From Escherichia phage vB_EcoM_VR7: a stretch of DNA of 64,000 nucleotides. The stretch's first letter is position 1. Every line of letters starts with the position of its first letter. The position numbers and the translations under genes are program-made. Shown piece by piece: positions 18,830-33,014 of this stretch. The DNA lies in sequence record NC_014792.1; one strand, written 5' to 3'. The notes under the pieces were generated by a model. That model saw nothing but the letters and a program-made list of their open reading frames with translations. It searched no databases and was not told the DNA's origin.

Positions 18830-19699
18830 ATGATTAATCAAACCCCAAAACTTTTAATAGATGTCGGCGAAATTGGTAACGCCAGCACCGGCGATATCTT
18901 ATATGATGGTGGTCGTAAAATTAACGAAGATTTTGATAACGTCTACAATACCTTCGGTGACCAACGTCTTTATTCAATCGATAACGGTCAGAACTCCCAA
19001 GTCTTGCATGCTACCGGTTATTATCAAAAAGCAACAAACATAATTGAATGGAACACTCCTGTTGCGCTTGGTTCTCTCCGTGACGTTGATACCTCCAAGG
19101 GTGTTGTTACTGCCAGGATTGCCCGCGGTAAAATGGGTGAAGGTATTATCTTCATTAACTCTAACGGGACTTTATCGCCGACTCAATCTCTGGAAATCGA
19201 ACTACAAGGCACAGATACTTTCGTTCGGCTCCGACCAAACAAAATTCGCTTCACTAGCCCTTATACAAAGATTACTCTTTGGTGTATCGATGATGCAAAC
19301 GGCGTCGGTACCTGGGATTATTCAATCGAAAATATGTTTGGTGTAAAACACATTCCGTTGGACCGAACTTATAATATTGGCCTGAACGCAAGAGATATTC
19401 CGATTGCATTGCGCGGTGATTTCAAAACAATGAAACTTTTGTTAACCGCTATATCTACTGATGAAACTAAATACAAAGCATCAGAGGTCATGCTCTTTGT
19501 AGACACTCAAGCTAACCAAGTGTATAGCACAGAATACGGTGTATTGCGTCGTGGTCACGTGAATGACGATGATGAGTTATATACCATTAACTTTAAAATA
19601 GGCGCTGACAACTTCGTTACGGCGACCGTAAGCGCACCAGTCTCCATGAAGCTCGCCTTTAAGGTAGCCGAGACACAAACCATTGGGGTAGCAATCTAA
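18830..19699 (+). CDS. 9: gp9 baseplate wedge / long tail fiber connector
   Basis: 289 aa; synteny. Confidence 0.85.
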   Translation: MINQTPKLLIDVGEIGNASTGDILYDGGRKINEDFDNVYNTFGDQRLYSIDNGQNSQVLHATGYYQKATNIIEWNTPVALGSLRDVDTSKGVVTARIARGKMGEGIIFINSNGTLSPTQSLEIELQGTDTFVRLRPNKIRFTSPYTKITLWCIDDANGVGTWDYSIENMFGVKHIPLDRTYNIGLNARDIPIALRGDFKTMKLLLTAISTDETKYKASEVMLFVDTQANQVYSTEYGVLRRGHVNDDDELYTINFKIGADNFVTATVSAPVSMKLAFKVAETQTIGVAI

Positions 19700-21510
19700 T
19701 GAAACAAAATTTAAAAATAGGCGTGATGGTCGATGATGGCACCGGCGATTATCTTCGTCTCGGCGGCCAAAAAATTAATAATAACTTTGATGACCTTTAC
19801 TACCAGCTCGGTGATGGGGAAAATCCTCATGCTGCTGGCGCATGGAAAACATGGTCAGTAGCTGATGGTACAACCCTGGAAGCTGTTATGGGTCGTAGCT
19901 ATGCAGTGAATACCTCAAATGGTATGATTACTGTTAAACTCCCTAAAGGAACTCCAGCCGAATATAATTACGTTATTCGTTTGCGTGATGTATTTGCAAC
20001 ATGGCAAGTCTCCCCGGTGACGATTGTTCCGGCTGTCGGTGACACAATGAAAGGTTCTCCTGACCCTGTTGTTATCCGTCGCAACCTGGCAGATATCGAA
20101 CTGGTTTACTGCTCTCCGGGTCGTTGGGAATATATTGACAACAAACAAATTGACAAGATTTCGAATAACGATGTAGCAACCGTTGAGACCCAGCAATTCA
20201 TTGCAACAGAAGGCCAAACGGACTTCCTGGATGTGTTTAATGGTCGCCCTTATAACATTGCTAGCCTCGAAGTTAAACATCGTGGTAACGACCTGTTTTA
20301 TGGTAAAGATGATATTTTCGACCCGGTTAATGCTGAATTCGGTTCCCCCGGGGCAGCACCTGGTGAAATTGTAACCCTTGATGGCCGCAATATTCGTCTG
20401 CGCATGCCTTGTGCTGCTGGTGATACAGTCATTGTTAGAACATTCAACGATGGTATTGCCCAGTATCGTAGTTCTTATAACCGTCGAGATGTTCAAATTC
20501 GTGATTCGAAATTTACTCTTGAAACCCCGGTTGAAGGTTCTTTGGTTGTAGCTGATTTATCTACTAAACATCTTTTTATGGTTACTGAACTGGCGGTATC
20601 TCCGAGCAGTCCGATTAACCCGAATGCATGCGAAGTTTATATCAACAGCATATTGCAACACGAAGCCGGGACTGCAAACTATCCAGCTTATACATGCGAA
20701 GGTGCTGATGGTGAAACTGCAGAAGAGTGTACAGATAATGGTGGTCAATGGTCTAAATCAAAAGAAGACTATATAACAGCCTTTGATGAAGACAACCGTA
20801 TTGAATCTTTTGAGTTTGCTCGCACATTTGAAGATGGTGATATTCTGTCTATCGTTTGGTATAATAACGATATCGGCACCACAATGACTCTTGATGAAAT
20901 TACAGATGAAACAAATAACATCTATGTTTCCCAGGGTCCAGAAGTTTCAATCACCGGCGATATAAGAATTACGGATTACGATAATCCATTTGCTCCTAAC
21001 CTGGAACCGGTTGACCCGAGCGAAATTAAACCATCTGCTGTTTCGATTCTCTTTAATATGTTCCATCCAATTGGCACAATTTACGAGAACACGACTAACC
21101 CAAATAACCCTGCAACATATATGGGTATGGGAACATGGAAGCGCCTTGAAGAGCGTGTTTTGATTGGTTGGTCTGCTGACCCTGCCTCGAACTTCCATAC
21201 GAACAATAACGACCTAGATTCTTCTGGTGTTCCACAGGCAACTGCAGGCGGAACTGGTGGTGATGTACAGATTCATATTAAACCGGTCAATATTCCTAAA
21301 ATTCAGACCGATGAAAAAGTATTGGTAGCTGATGCAACTGGCCCAATTATTGTTGGTGGTTGTCAGATTGACCCGGATGCGCAAGGTCCTGCGTATACAA
21401 ACTATCGTGAAGACAAAGCAACCATTAACGAAGCTCTTGACCCACTGGCCCAGCCAATAGCTACGCTTCCTCCATATTTGATTGTTTACCGTTGGGTAAG
21501 GATTGCATAA
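19699..21510 (+). CDS. 10: gp10 baseplate wedge / short tail fiber attachment
   Basis: 603 aa; synteny. Confidence 0.9.
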   Translation: MKQNLKIGVMVDDGTGDYLRLGGQKINNNFDDLYYQLGDGENPHAAGAWKTWSVADGTTLEAVMGRSYAVNTSNGMITVKLPKGTPAEYNYVIRLRDVFATWQVSPVTIVPAVGDTMKGSPDPVVIRRNLADIELVYCSPGRWEYIDNKQIDKISNNDVATVETQQFIATEGQTDFLDVFNGRPYNIASLEVKHRGNDLFYGKDDIFDPVNAEFGSPGAAPGEIVTLDGRNIRLRMPCAAGDTVIVRTFNDGIAQYRSSYNRRDVQIRDSKFTLETPVEGSLVVADLSTKHLFMVTELAVSPSSPINPNACEVYINSILQHEAGTANYPAYTCEGADGETAEECTDNGGQWSKSKEDYITAFDEDNRIESFEFARTFEDGDILSIVWYNNDIGTTMTLDEITDETNNIYVSQGPEVSITGDIRITDYDNPFAPNLEPVDPSEIKPSAVSILFNMFHPIGTIYENTTNPNNPATYMGMGTWKRLEERVLIGWSADPASNFHTNNNDLDSSGVPQATAGGTGGDVQIHIKPVNIPKIQTDEKVLVADATGPIIVGGCQIDPDAQGPAYTNYREDKATINEALDPLAQPIATLPPYLIVYRWVRIA

Positions 21511-22175
21511 TGACTACGTTGACAAATAAAAAGGCGAGTGTAATATCTCGCCATGCTGGTTACCTCCAGTTTGATTATACAACTACTGATTCCACTGCTG
21601 TAGCGGGTAACCGCTATATCGGTGGCCCGTCTGCTAACCAGACAAATGATGGTGTATTCTATCCAACAGTCCAAAGTGCAATTGATGATATTGCATTTCG
21701 TGCAGAACTTCCTGTTGGTTCGATAATTACTCGTCATGAGAATACCGCCCCTGGATTTATTAGTCAGTCTGATAAAATTAAGTTCACTGGGTCTATTTCC
21801 GGTGAAACTCTTGGCGCAACTGTGCTTATTAAAGTATTCGGTTTCCCAGTAGAAGTTATTGTTGGTGACTCAAGCGTGCTTGTTGCATCTAAGGTCAATG
21901 ATGTTCTTTTGACTGCAATTTCACAAGGTCTTATTCTTGCGGAAACAGCAATTGATGCACTGGACCAGTCTATATTAAATATTACATATAACGACTATCA
22001 GAATCATATCTTTGAATCCAAATCCCAATATGGCTGCGTTATGGAACAAACTATTGTTCAACAACCACGTGCCGGGTATGGACAATGGGAATATCTTGGT
22101 GCACAAGATGTAACCTTGCAAGGTGGTTCGGTTAATGGTCCAACATCTCTTTACTACTATAAGCGAGTCTACTAA
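21510..22175 (+). CDS. 11: gp11 baseplate wedge / short tail fiber connector
   Basis: ORF track 21492.. trimmed to the ATG at 21510 overlapping the gp10 stop; 221 aa. Confidence 0.85.
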   Translation: MTTLTNKKASVISRHAGYLQFDYTTTDSTAVAGNRYIGGPSANQTNDGVFYPTVQSAIDDIAFRAELPVGSIITRHENTAPGFISQSDKIKFTGSISGETLGATVLIKVFGFPVEVIVGDSSVLVASKVNDVLLTAISQGLILAETAIDALDQSILNITYNDYQNHIFESKSQYGCVMEQTIVQQPRAGYGQWEYLGAQDVTLQGGSVNGPTSLYYYKRVY

Positions 22176-23710
22176 TGACAACGACTAACACGCTAAAACA
22201 TATTAGCGATAAATCCGAATATAAAACATTTGACCCGACGGGAACTTCATTTCCTCCGTCAGTAACAAATGTTCAGGAAGCATTGGGGGCTTTGGCTCCT
22301 ATTGCTATTGATGGATTTATCCCAGAATCTACGGTTGCGGTACCAGGTATTATTCGCCTGGCGACTGAACAAGAAGTTATTGATGGCATAGGCAATAACA
22401 CAGCAGTAACCCCCGAAACTCTTAAAGCTCGTTTGAATATTCCAACCCAGGCCACAGAGACTGTTGTCGGAATTACCCGTTACGCAACCAATGCAGAAGC
22501 TATTGATGGCACAGTAGCCGATGCAGCTATTGTCCCATCAAGCCTTAAAGCTTCTATTGATAATACATTTAATACCCGCACTTCTACAGAAGACCGTAAT
22601 GGTGTAATTAAGATTTCGACCCAAGCCGCTGCTCTGGCAGGAACGGATGATACAACGGCCATGACTCCTTTGAAGGTTTCATTGGCCATCGGTGCAGCAA
22701 CTGCAGCTCTTCCAACTTATAGCACAGCAACAACCACTGTACAAGGGATTGTTAAAATTGCAACTCCAGCCGAGGTTCAAGCTGGTGCAATGAATAACGG
22801 TGTGGCAGTTTCTCCACTTGGGCTTATTTCATTGACTGCAAATGCCTCCCGCAGAGGGTTGGTCCAATTGGCTTCCAGTGCTGAAGCAATTACAGGTACG
22901 GATGCAACAAAAGCAATTACTCCACAAGCTCTACATGCAAAAACTGGTAATACCGGGCGACTCGGCATTGTCAAACTGACAACTACCGTTGGTTCAGGGG
23001 ATGGTAACACTGCTCTTGCATATAATGCAAACGTAATTTCAACCACTGGCGGTACAATTAATGGAACTCTTAACGTTAATGGAACTTTACGCAGAAATGG
23101 TCAGGATGTTGTAACCCGTAACGAACTAAAAGATAGTGTGCCAATCGGAACTATTATTATGTGGGGTGGTCAAACTGGTAATATTCCTTCTGGTTGGGAA
23201 ATTTGTGACGGCGGTAATGTCGGTGATGCTGGTTTCCGAAATGTCGTTGGTAGTAAATGGGGCGCAACTGGTAATAAGCCAGATTTTCGTGGATTGTTTC
23301 CTCGTGGTTCCAACAGCTCTAACGATGGTGCTATGAAGGAATGGGAAACAAACATTAATATAAGAAACGCCAAGGGAAATGATTCCAAACAAAAACCTAA
23401 ATTGGGTCAAGGTGTTGGTTCATATGGTCACGGTACAGTACAGGCACAACAACTCCGTTTCCACAAGCACGCCGGTGGTTTTGGTGAACATGATAATTCG
23501 GGTGCATTTGGTAACACAGTTCGTTCAAACTATGCAGGCACCCGTAAAGGTTTGGACTGGGATAACCGTTCTTATTTTACGAACGAAGGTTATGAAATCG
23601 ATGGCGCTGGTAGCCGTGATTCTCGAACTACATTAAACAGCGAAGGTCTGATAGGTAATGAAAGCCGCCCATGGTCCATGTCCATTCTTTTTATTATTAA
23701 GGTCAGATAA
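22175..23710 (+). CDS. 12: gp12 short tail fiber
   Basis: 511 aa; motifs LATEQEVIDG and HKHAGGFGEHDNSGAFGNT match remembered T4 gp12. Confidence 0.95.
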   Translation: MTTTNTLKHISDKSEYKTFDPTGTSFPPSVTNVQEALGALAPIAIDGFIPESTVAVPGIIRLATEQEVIDGIGNNTAVTPETLKARLNIPTQATETVVGITRYATNAEAIDGTVADAAIVPSSLKASIDNTFNTRTSTEDRNGVIKISTQAAALAGTDDTTAMTPLKVSLAIGAATAALPTYSTATTTVQGIVKIATPAEVQAGAMNNGVAVSPLGLISLTANASRRGLVQLASSAEAITGTDATKAITPQALHAKTGNTGRLGIVKLTTTVGSGDGNTALAYNANVISTTGGTINGTLNVNGTLRRNGQDVVTRNELKDSVPIGTIIMWGGQTGNIPSGWEICDGGNVGDAGFRNVVGSKWGATGNKPDFRGLFPRGSNSSNDGAMKEWETNINIRNAKGNDSKQKPKLGQGVGSYGHGTVQAQQLRFHKHAGGFGEHDNSGAFGNTVRSNYAGTRKGLDWDNRSYFTNEGYEIDGAGSRDSRTTLNSEGLIGNESRPWSMSILFIIKVR

Positions 23711-23719
23711 GGAATAAAA

Positions 23720-25306
23720 ATGATTAACAAATTAGAATTAGCGAATCTTCCGTTTGTCGATGGTGTACCAGAACCTGACCAGAAACGAATTGAATGGATT
23801 CGCAACGGTGATTGCTTAACTGCAGCCACTACCAAATACGGGCACGATGGTGCCCTTAATGCTGCAGCTTTGGGTGTGCAGACCAACGTTGAAACTCTGG
23901 AAAAGAATGACGCGACCACTAAAGACAAAGTAAACGAAATTGTCGATAGCGTTAACCAGATTAAAGAAGCTCTGGATATTTCTACAGATGCAAGCGTTAT
24001 TCAACAGATTGAAACCAACCGTATTAATATTGTAAGCCTCCAGACAGGATTAGCTGAAACTGATATTGCTTTACTTGATACCAGTACAAATCTCGGTGAA
24101 TTACAGGAAGATGTTGGTTATTATAACCCACTGGAAGATGGACCATATTTGACCGTACGCGCCAATATTAATCGCATTAAGCGCGAAATGGGCCATTATG
24201 CGAACCAAGATATCAACGGTGACCCATTGCCTGAAGGTGAAACTAATGATGCCACCGGGATGAAACGTATTATCATCGATAACAGTACAGCAATTGCAAC
24301 CACGCAACATCGTCTTACTGTTCTCGAAGATAATTATAATGATTCGGATGTTGGTGGCCTCACGATTAAATTAAATGAGATGCGCGAAGAACTTGGTCCT
24401 CGCACTGAAGGTATTGGTAAATCTCCTGTTTATACTCGTTTAACTGCAGTCGAAGCTAAAGCGGAAACTAATGAAACTGATGTAAGCAATATCAAAGCCG
24501 CAATTGGTTTTGACCAAGGACAAAGTATTGCAAACCGTGTTGGGACTCTGGAAACCAAGGCAACAAATTTAGAAAATACCACATCTGCTATGAATACAAG
24601 ATTGTCAACGGTTGAAACTGATATTGGCACTGATGCCGAACCTACTTCAATTAATGGTCGTCTAAAAACGTTGCGTGACGATATGACAGGTGTTCGTGTT
24701 GTTATCGGGGAAAATACAAGCAGTGGTTTGCAAGGACAAGTTGTTGCCCTTAACGTTGCAGTAGGTATTAGCGATAGCCCGGCGCCAACTTCCTTGATTC
24801 CGCGTATGCGTGAAGTCGAAACTTCTAGTCGCGCAAATGCCGCGGCTATTCAGGATATTCAGGCCGAAATTGGTAACAATCAGTCAGGCATCAAAGGTTC
24901 TATCCTGACGATTAAATCACAAATCGACGGGACCAACCCGAACGGTTCTACGGTTGTTGAAAAAGGTATTCTTCCGACTGTTGAAACTCTTAACAACGAA
25001 ATGCCTACCAAAATTAGTGATGCTCCATCTGATACGAAGATATATGGTCGCCGTGATGCAGCATGGGTAGAAATCGCTACAGGCGGTGATGTATCTGCTC
25101 TGACATTGCGTGTGGATGGTATCGAAACGCGCACCGGTGAAGCCGAGACGAAGATAACTGAACTAGAAGGTAAAGTATCAGCCCTAGAAACAGAGCTCTC
25201 CAAAAGGCCTCCTGTCGCTCCTGCGGCTGATGGTCTTCCTTATGTACTTGTTGATAATGCATGGGTTCTTTTGTCTACATTTGTGACATTAAATCCAGTG
25301 CCATAA
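23720..25306 (+). CDS. wac: Fibritin (whisker antigen control) with foldon-like C-terminus
   Basis: 528 aa coiled-coil-type sequence; C-terminus DGLPYVLVDNAWVLLSTF resembles the T4 fibritin foldon. Confidence 0.9.
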   Translation: MINKLELANLPFVDGVPEPDQKRIEWIRNGDCLTAATTKYGHDGALNAAALGVQTNVETLEKNDATTKDKVNEIVDSVNQIKEALDISTDASVIQQIETNRINIVSLQTGLAETDIALLDTSTNLGELQEDVGYYNPLEDGPYLTVRANINRIKREMGHYANQDINGDPLPEGETNDATGMKRIIIDNSTAIATTQHRLTVLEDNYNDSDVGGLTIKLNEMREELGPRTEGIGKSPVYTRLTAVEAKAETNETDVSNIKAAIGFDQGQSIANRVGTLETKATNLENTTSAMNTRLSTVETDIGTDAEPTSINGRLKTLRDDMTGVRVVIGENTSSGLQGQVVALNVAVGISDSPAPTSLIPRMREVETSSRANAAAIQDIQAEIGNNQSGIKGSILTIKSQIDGTNPNGSTVVEKGILPTVETLNNEMPTKISDAPSDTKIYGRRDAAWVEIATGGDVSALTLRVDGIETRTGEAETKITELEGKVSALETELSKRPPVAPAADGLPYVLVDNAWVLLSTFVTLNPVP

Positions 25307-25310
25307 CAAA

Positions 25311-25330
25311 AAGGGCTTCGGCCCTTTTTT
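25311..25330 (+). terminator. Rho-independent terminator after wac
   Basis: AAGGGC-ttcg-GCCCTT followed by TTTT. Confidence 0.7.
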
Positions 25331-25332
25331 CG

Positions 25333-25340
25333 TATAAATA
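25333..25340 (+). promoter_or_regulatory. T4 late promoter TATAAATA (gene 13)
   Basis: Exact TATAAATA 19 nt upstream of the gp13 ATG. Confidence 0.7.
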
Positions 25341-25358
25341 CAGTAAAGAGGAAAACAT

Positions 25359-26297
25359 ATGGCAACTGAATCATACAACCCGAAACAATTAAAAGATGCA
25401 ATCCTTCGTCGTCTTGGTGCACCAATCACGAATATCGAAGTTACGACCGAACAGGTTTATGATTGTATCCAGCGTGCATTAGAATTATATGGCGAATATC
25501 ATTATAATGGTTACAACAAAGGCTATCAGGCTTTTTATATTGGTCATGATGAAGTTTCACAACAGAAATTCCGTGATGGTGTTTTCGATTTAAAAGGTCG
25601 TAATATTTTTGCAGTAACACAAATTATTCGTACTAACGTCGGTTCATTAACTTCAATGGATGGCCAGGCAACATATCCATGGTTTACAGATTTCGTTCTG
25701 GGACTTGCCGGGATTAACGGTGGAATGGGAAGTTCTTGTAATAGCTTTGGTCCAAATGCCTTTGGCGCAGACCTTGGTTATTTTACACAGCTTATGCAAT
25801 ATCGTTCGATGATGCAAGACCTGATGGTTCCGCTTCCGGATTACTGGTATAATGACGATACTGAACAACTTAAAATTATGGGCAACTTCCGCCAGGGAGA
25901 TGTGATTGTAATTGAAGTTTACACCAAATCCTTTAATGGTGTTGATGCAATGGCCAGCAATACGGCAGGTAATGGTTATGCTTCTGGTGATTGTGATAAT
26001 CCGTGGAATGCCGGTGCACAGTGGGATAACCCGGCACGCAGAATAGGCGGCATGAGAGCTGGTGAGGACCTTGGACTTCAAGATGGTGCATACAACAACC
26101 GTTGGGTGAAAGACTATGCCACGGCGCTTGTTAAGGAAGTTAACGGCAACGTATTGGCAAAGCACCAGGGAATGATGATGCCGGGTGGTGTCACAGTTGA
26201 TGGTGTTCGTTTAATCGAAGAAGCTCGCATGGAAAAAGAACGTCTCCGCGAAGAACTTGACCTGCTGGATGCACCGACTCCTATATTGGTGGGCTAA
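25359..26297 (+). CDS. 13: gp13 neck protein
   Basis: 312 aa; synteny. Confidence 0.85.
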   Translation: MATESYNPKQLKDAILRRLGAPITNIEVTTEQVYDCIQRALELYGEYHYNGYNKGYQAFYIGHDEVSQQKFRDGVFDLKGRNIFAVTQIIRTNVGSLTSMDGQATYPWFTDFVLGLAGINGGMGSSCNSFGPNAFGADLGYFTQLMQYRSMMQDLMVPLPDYWYNDDTEQLKIMGNFRQGDVIVIEVYTKSFNGVDAMASNTAGNGYASGDCDNPWNAGAQWDNPARRIGGMRAGEDLGLQDGAYNNRWVKDYATALVKEVNGNVLAKHQGMMMPGGVTVDGVRLIEEARMEKERLREELDLLDAPTPILVG

Positions 26298-27082
26298 TGG
26301 CTACATATGACGCGAACTTATTCGCCCGGCTCGAAGACGGGACCGGGTATGACAATACCAATGCTACAGAGATATTGAACCCTTATGTAAACTTTATGCA
26401 TCATGAAAATACCCAGACTTTAGCCGATGCTATTGTTGCTGAAAGTATTCAGATGCGCGGAATGTCTCTCTATTACATCCCAAGACAATTCGTTAAACCA
26501 GATTTGTTATTCGGTGAAGACCTCCAGAGTAAATTTGATAAAGCATGGAAATTTGCTGGTTATCTGGATACGTTCGATGCATATCAGGGTGATGGTTCTA
26601 TCTTCAGTAAATTTGGCATGACTGTGAACGATGAAATCACAGTGTCGATTAACCCTAATCTGTTTAAACATCAATGCAACGGCACCGAACCTATTGCAGG
26701 GGATTTGATTTATTTCCCTCTCGATAACAGTCTGTTCGAAATAACCTGGGTACAGCCTTATGACCCGTTCTATCAGGTAGGTCAAAACGCCATCCGTAAA
26801 ATCACCGCGAGCAAATACATTTACTCCGGAGAAGAGCTTAAACCTGAATTGCAACGAAATGAAGGTATTAATATTCCAGAATTCAGTGAGCTCGATTTGC
26901 AACCAATCCACAATATCGATGGCCTTACAGATATCAGTGATATCCCTTATGCTGAATCCGATGAGATTAACGCAGAAGCAGCTGAATATGTTAAACCATA
27001 TTTTGTGCAGAATGGCCGTGGACTTGAGTCACCGCCTAAGGCAAAACAGGATAGCTTTGACGATAGTTTCTTTGATGAATAA
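26297..27082 (+). CDS. 14: gp14 neck protein
   Basis: 261 aa; synteny. Confidence 0.85.
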   Translation: MATYDANLFARLEDGTGYDNTNATEILNPYVNFMHHENTQTLADAIVAESIQMRGMSLYYIPRQFVKPDLLFGEDLQSKFDKAWKFAGYLDTFDAYQGDGSIFSKFGMTVNDEITVSINPNLFKHQCNGTEPIAGDLIYFPLDNSLFEITWVQPYDPFYQVGQNAIRKITASKYIYSGEELKPELQRNEGINIPEFSELDLQPIHNIDGLTDISDIPYAESDEINAEAAEYVKPYFVQNGRGLESPPKAKQDSFDDSFFDE

Positions 27083-27125
27083 ATACATTTATTAATGCGC
27101 CCGAACTGGGCGCCTGGAGGTTACT

Positions 27126-27997
27126 TTGTTTGGGCATTTTTATAATTCGTCTCTGCGTCGCTATATCGTTTTAATGGGCGATTTATTTTCCCATGTACAA
27201 GTGGCCAGAACCAGAGAAGACACTGGACTTAAATATATTAAGGTCCCTATTTCTTATGCATCAAAAGAAAAATTCATGATGCAGCTTGGAAAATGGACAG
27301 CAATTCAGAATACACCGACTCCTGACATGTCACCACAAGAACGTGCTGCTCAGAAGGCTAAAATCGAGACCGTACTGCCCCGTATGAACTTACATCTTGT
27401 TGACTTGATGTATAACGGGCAATATAAAACGGCTCTCCAGAATCACACACAGGCGCGATTTGCTAATAACGACCCTCGCAAGCAGATATCTCAATATTCT
27501 CCGGTGCCGGTCAAAATGATTTTTGAGCTTGGAATATATACAAGGCATCAAGATGATATGTTCCAGATTATCGAACAAATCATGCCTTACTTCCAGCCAC
27601 ATTTTAATACAACTATCACCGAACTTTACACGAATGAAATTACATTCGAACGTGATATACGAATCGTGCTTCAGTCCATTGCTATGGATGAGCAAATTGA
27701 AGGTGATGCAATGACTCGTCGTAGACTTGAATGGTCCATTATGTTCGAAGTCAACGGTTGGTTATATCCACCGGTTAAAGAAGTGGCCGGAGAAATCCGT
27801 ACTATCTATCTTGACTTCTTTGCAAATTCCAGAGAGCTTGCGCCGGAAGGTAATTTCGAATCTGTTGACTCGGAAGCCGTTCCGCGAGATGTCGACCAAG
27901 AAGACTGGCAAGGTGAATCCATTCAAACATACTCGCAGGATATTCCTGTACCGGTCGACCCAGCACCTCCAGCACCAAGAAAAAATAGGGTACCATT

Positions 27998-28001
<4 letters not shown>
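27126..28001 (+). CDS. 15: gp15 tail sheath stabilizer / tail completion protein
   Basis: 291 aa; TTG start with GGAGG RBS; [10 protein letters not shown]-terminus T4-like. Confidence 0.8.
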
Positions 28002-30308
<2,307 letters not shown>

Positions 30309-30337
30309 AAGTAAAGCAAACTATTAGAGGACTCAAA

Positions 30338-32317
30338 ATGGCTTTATTATCCCCGGGCATTGAGCTCAAAGAAACAACGGTCCAAAGCACTGTTGTTCGT
30401 AACGCGACGGGTCGTGCGGCGCTGGTTGGTAAATTCCAGTGGGGCCCAGCTTTCCAGGTAACTCAGATTACAAACGAAGTGGAACTTGTTGATTTGTTTG
30501 GTGGTCCGAACAATATCACAGCTGACTACTTTATGAGTGGAATGAACTTCCTTCAATATGGTAATGACCTGCGCACAGTTCGTGTAGTTAACCGCGACCA
30601 CGCTAAAAACGCATCCCCGGTAGCAGGGAACATCGAAAGTACAATCGCTACTGCAGGTTCTAACTATGCAGTCGGTGACGTTATCCAGGTTAAACACAAC
30701 CAGACTGTTGTTGAAACTTCTGGCCGTATTACCAAGGTTGACGTTGACGGGAAAATCCTCGCGGTCTTCATTCCGTCTGACAAAATTATTGCCTTTGCAA
30801 AATCTGTAAACCAGTATCCGGACCTTGGTCCAGCGTGGACTGCTGAAATCCTGACCACTTCTTCAGGTGTGTCTGGTACGATTACCCTTGGGAAAATTGT
30901 CACCGATTCTGGTATCCTGTTGACCGAAGCAGAAAATAGCGAAGAAGCTATTACCTCTTTGGAATTCCAGGCTTCCCTGCAGAAATATGCAATGCCGGGT
31001 GTTGTTGCTCTTTATCCTGGTGAAATCGGCTCGACTCTCGAAGTTGAAATCGTTTCCAAAGCTGCATATGATGTTGGCGCTTCGAAGATGCTTGACATTT
31101 ATCCGAATGGTGGTTCCCGTGCTTCTGTTGCTCGTGCGGTGTTTAACTATGGTCCGCAGACTGACGACCAGTATGCAATCATCGTTCGTCGTGATGGTGC
31201 TATCGTTGAAAACGTTGTTCTGTCAACCAAAGAAGGCGATAAAGACGTTTACGGCAACAACATTTATCTGGACGACTACTTTGCAAAAGGTACTTCCAAT
31301 TACATCTATGCAACTTCTCTGAACTGGCCAAAAGGCTTTGCAGGCATCATCAATCTGATGGGCGGTATTTCTGCAAACGACCAGGTTACTGCTGGTGATT
31401 TGATGCAAGGTTGGGACCTGTTTGCTGACCGTGAAGCACTGCATATTAACCTGCTTATCGCTGGTGCAGTAGCTGGTGAAGGTGATGCAACCGCTTCAAC
31501 TGTTCAGAAGCACGTGGTTTCTATCGCTGACGAACGTCAGGATTGCCTGGCATTTATCTCTCCACCAAAAGGCCTTCTGGTTAACGTTCCTCTGACCCGT
31601 GCAGTGGATAACCTGATTGACTGGCGTACAGGTGGCGGCTCATTCGATACTGATAACATGAATATCAGCACGACTTATGCAGCGATTGATGGCAACTATA
31701 AATATCAGTATGATAAATATAACGACGTTAACCGTTGGGTTCCTCTGGCAGCTGATATGGCTGGTCTGTGTGCTCGTACTGATGATGTTTCTCAGCCTTG
31801 GATGTCTCCGCCCGGTTATAACCGTGGTCAGATTCTGAACGTACTGAAATTGGCTATCGAACCTCGTCAGACCCAACGTGACCGCATGTATCAAGAAGCT
31901 ATCAACCCGGTTGTTGGTTTCGCAGGTGGTGATGGTTTTGTTCTTTACGGTGATAAGACTGCAACTAAAGTTCCATCTCCGATGGACCATATCAACGTTC
32001 GTCGTCTTACGAATATGCTGAAGAAAAATATCGGTGACGCATCCAAATATAAACTGTTTGAGCTTAACGATAACTTCACTCGTGCATCATTCCGTATGGA
32101 AACTTCTCAATACTTGGATGGTATTCGTGCGCTCGGTGGCATTTATGAAGGTCGTGTAGTTTGTGATACTACCAACAACACCCCATCGGTTATTGACCGA
32201 AATGAATTTGTTGCTAGCATATATTATAAACCGGCAAGGTCGATAAATTATATCGTGCTTAATTTCGTAGCAACAAGTACGGGCGCTGATTTTGATGAGT
32301 TGATTGGGGTGCAATAA
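30338..32317 (+). CDS. 18: gp18 tail sheath protein
   Basis: 659 aa; synteny. Confidence 0.92.
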   Translation: MALLSPGIELKETTVQSTVVRNATGRAALVGKFQWGPAFQVTQITNEVELVDLFGGPNNITADYFMSGMNFLQYGNDLRTVRVVNRDHAKNASPVAGNIESTIATAGSNYAVGDVIQVKHNQTVVETSGRITKVDVDGKILAVFIPSDKIIAFAKSVNQYPDLGPAWTAEILTTSSGVSGTITLGKIVTDSGILLTEAENSEEAITSLEFQASLQKYAMPGVVALYPGEIGSTLEVEIVSKAAYDVGASKMLDIYPNGGSRASVARAVFNYGPQTDDQYAIIVRRDGAIVENVVLSTKEGDKDVYGNNIYLDDYFAKGTSNYIYATSLNWPKGFAGIINLMGGISANDQVTAGDLMQGWDLFADREALHINLLIAGAVAGEGDATASTVQKHVVSIADERQDCLAFISPPKGLLVNVPLTRAVDNLIDWRTGGGSFDTDNMNISTTYAAIDGNYKYQYDKYNDVNRWVPLAADMAGLCARTDDVSQPWMSPPGYNRGQILNVLKLAIEPRQTQRDRMYQEAINPVVGFAGGDGFVLYGDKTATKVPSPMDHINVRRLTNMLKKNIGDASKYKLFELNDNFTRASFRMETSQYLDGIRALGGIYEGRVVCDTTNNTPSVIDRNEFVASIYYKPARSINYIVLNFVATSTGADFDELIGVQ

Positions 32318-32359
32318 GACTTTACTTCTGATTTAACTTGGGTTATAATGCGCGTATGA

Positions 32360-32367
32360 TATAAATA
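32360..32367 (+). promoter_or_regulatory. T4 late promoter TATAAATA embedded in hairpin GCGCGTA/TACGCGC, upstream of the HNH gene
   Basis: Inverted repeat 32350-32356 / 32366-32372 with TATAAATA at 32360-32367. Confidence 0.55.
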
Positions 32368-32384
32368 CGCGCAAGGATTTACAA

Positions 32385-32990
32385 GTGATTATTTCTAAAT
32401 TTGTTGAAGTTCAAATACGAAATCATGCAAAGTGGTGGAGCGAATACTTAGGTAAACCTCTAACATACCATGATGTGATTTCTGTTCCAGTTGAACAAAT
32501 GCCAGATAATAGTAATAAAAAGATTGAGTGTTCCTGTGATGAATGTGGGATACATTTTGAGCGAGGGATTCAGTTGCTTCGTCGCGTTGATAAACATTTA
32601 TGTAAGGCATGTTCAAGAAAAGATATTGGACAAAAGAATGTTATTGCACAAGGCGGTGTGCCAAGACCATGGCAACGTGGTGAAAAACATCATAGCTGGA
32701 AAGGCAATAAGCGTGAATTCTATTTGTACGCTCAACGTGTTCATGCATTGACAAGAGCAAAACATCTAAAGAATATTTGGTCAACATGGGAAAATGCAGA
32801 TAAGATAGGAAAATGTGGGGAAGAAGGTGCATACCAACTTGACCATAAAGTTTCTATTGCGTATGGATTTTATAATCATATACCAGAGACTGTTATCGCT
32901 TCGCTCAACAATTTAGAAATAGTCACTTGGGAATCTAATAGGTCCAAAGGAAAATCAAATAGTATTGACTTATGGGATATATTATCCTGA
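32385..32990 (+). CDS. HNH homing endonuclease (freestanding) inserted between genes 18 and 19
   Basis: 201 aa; GTG start with AAGGA RBS; Cys pairs CSCDEC / CKAC and HNH core QLDHKVS...NLEIVTWESN; genes 18 and 19 are adjacent in T4. Confidence 0.85.
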   Translation: MIISKFVEVQIRNHAKWWSEYLGKPLTYHDVISVPVEQMPDNSNKKIECSCDECGIHFERGIQLLRRVDKHLCKACSRKDIGQKNVIAQGGVPRPWQRGEKHHSWKGNKREFYLYAQRVHALTRAKHLKNIWSTWENADKIGKCGEEGAYQLDHKVSIAYGFYNHIPETVIASLNNLEIVTWESNRSKGKSNSIDLWDILS

Positions 32991-33014
32991 CAGTAAATGT
33001 AATTAAGCAGTAAA

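Noticed and set aside
27097-27113. Hairpin GCGCCC-gaact-GGGCGC between genes 14 and 15 as a terminator.
   Set aside because: No downstream T-run and it directly abuts the gene 15 RBS; more likely a leader RNA structure.
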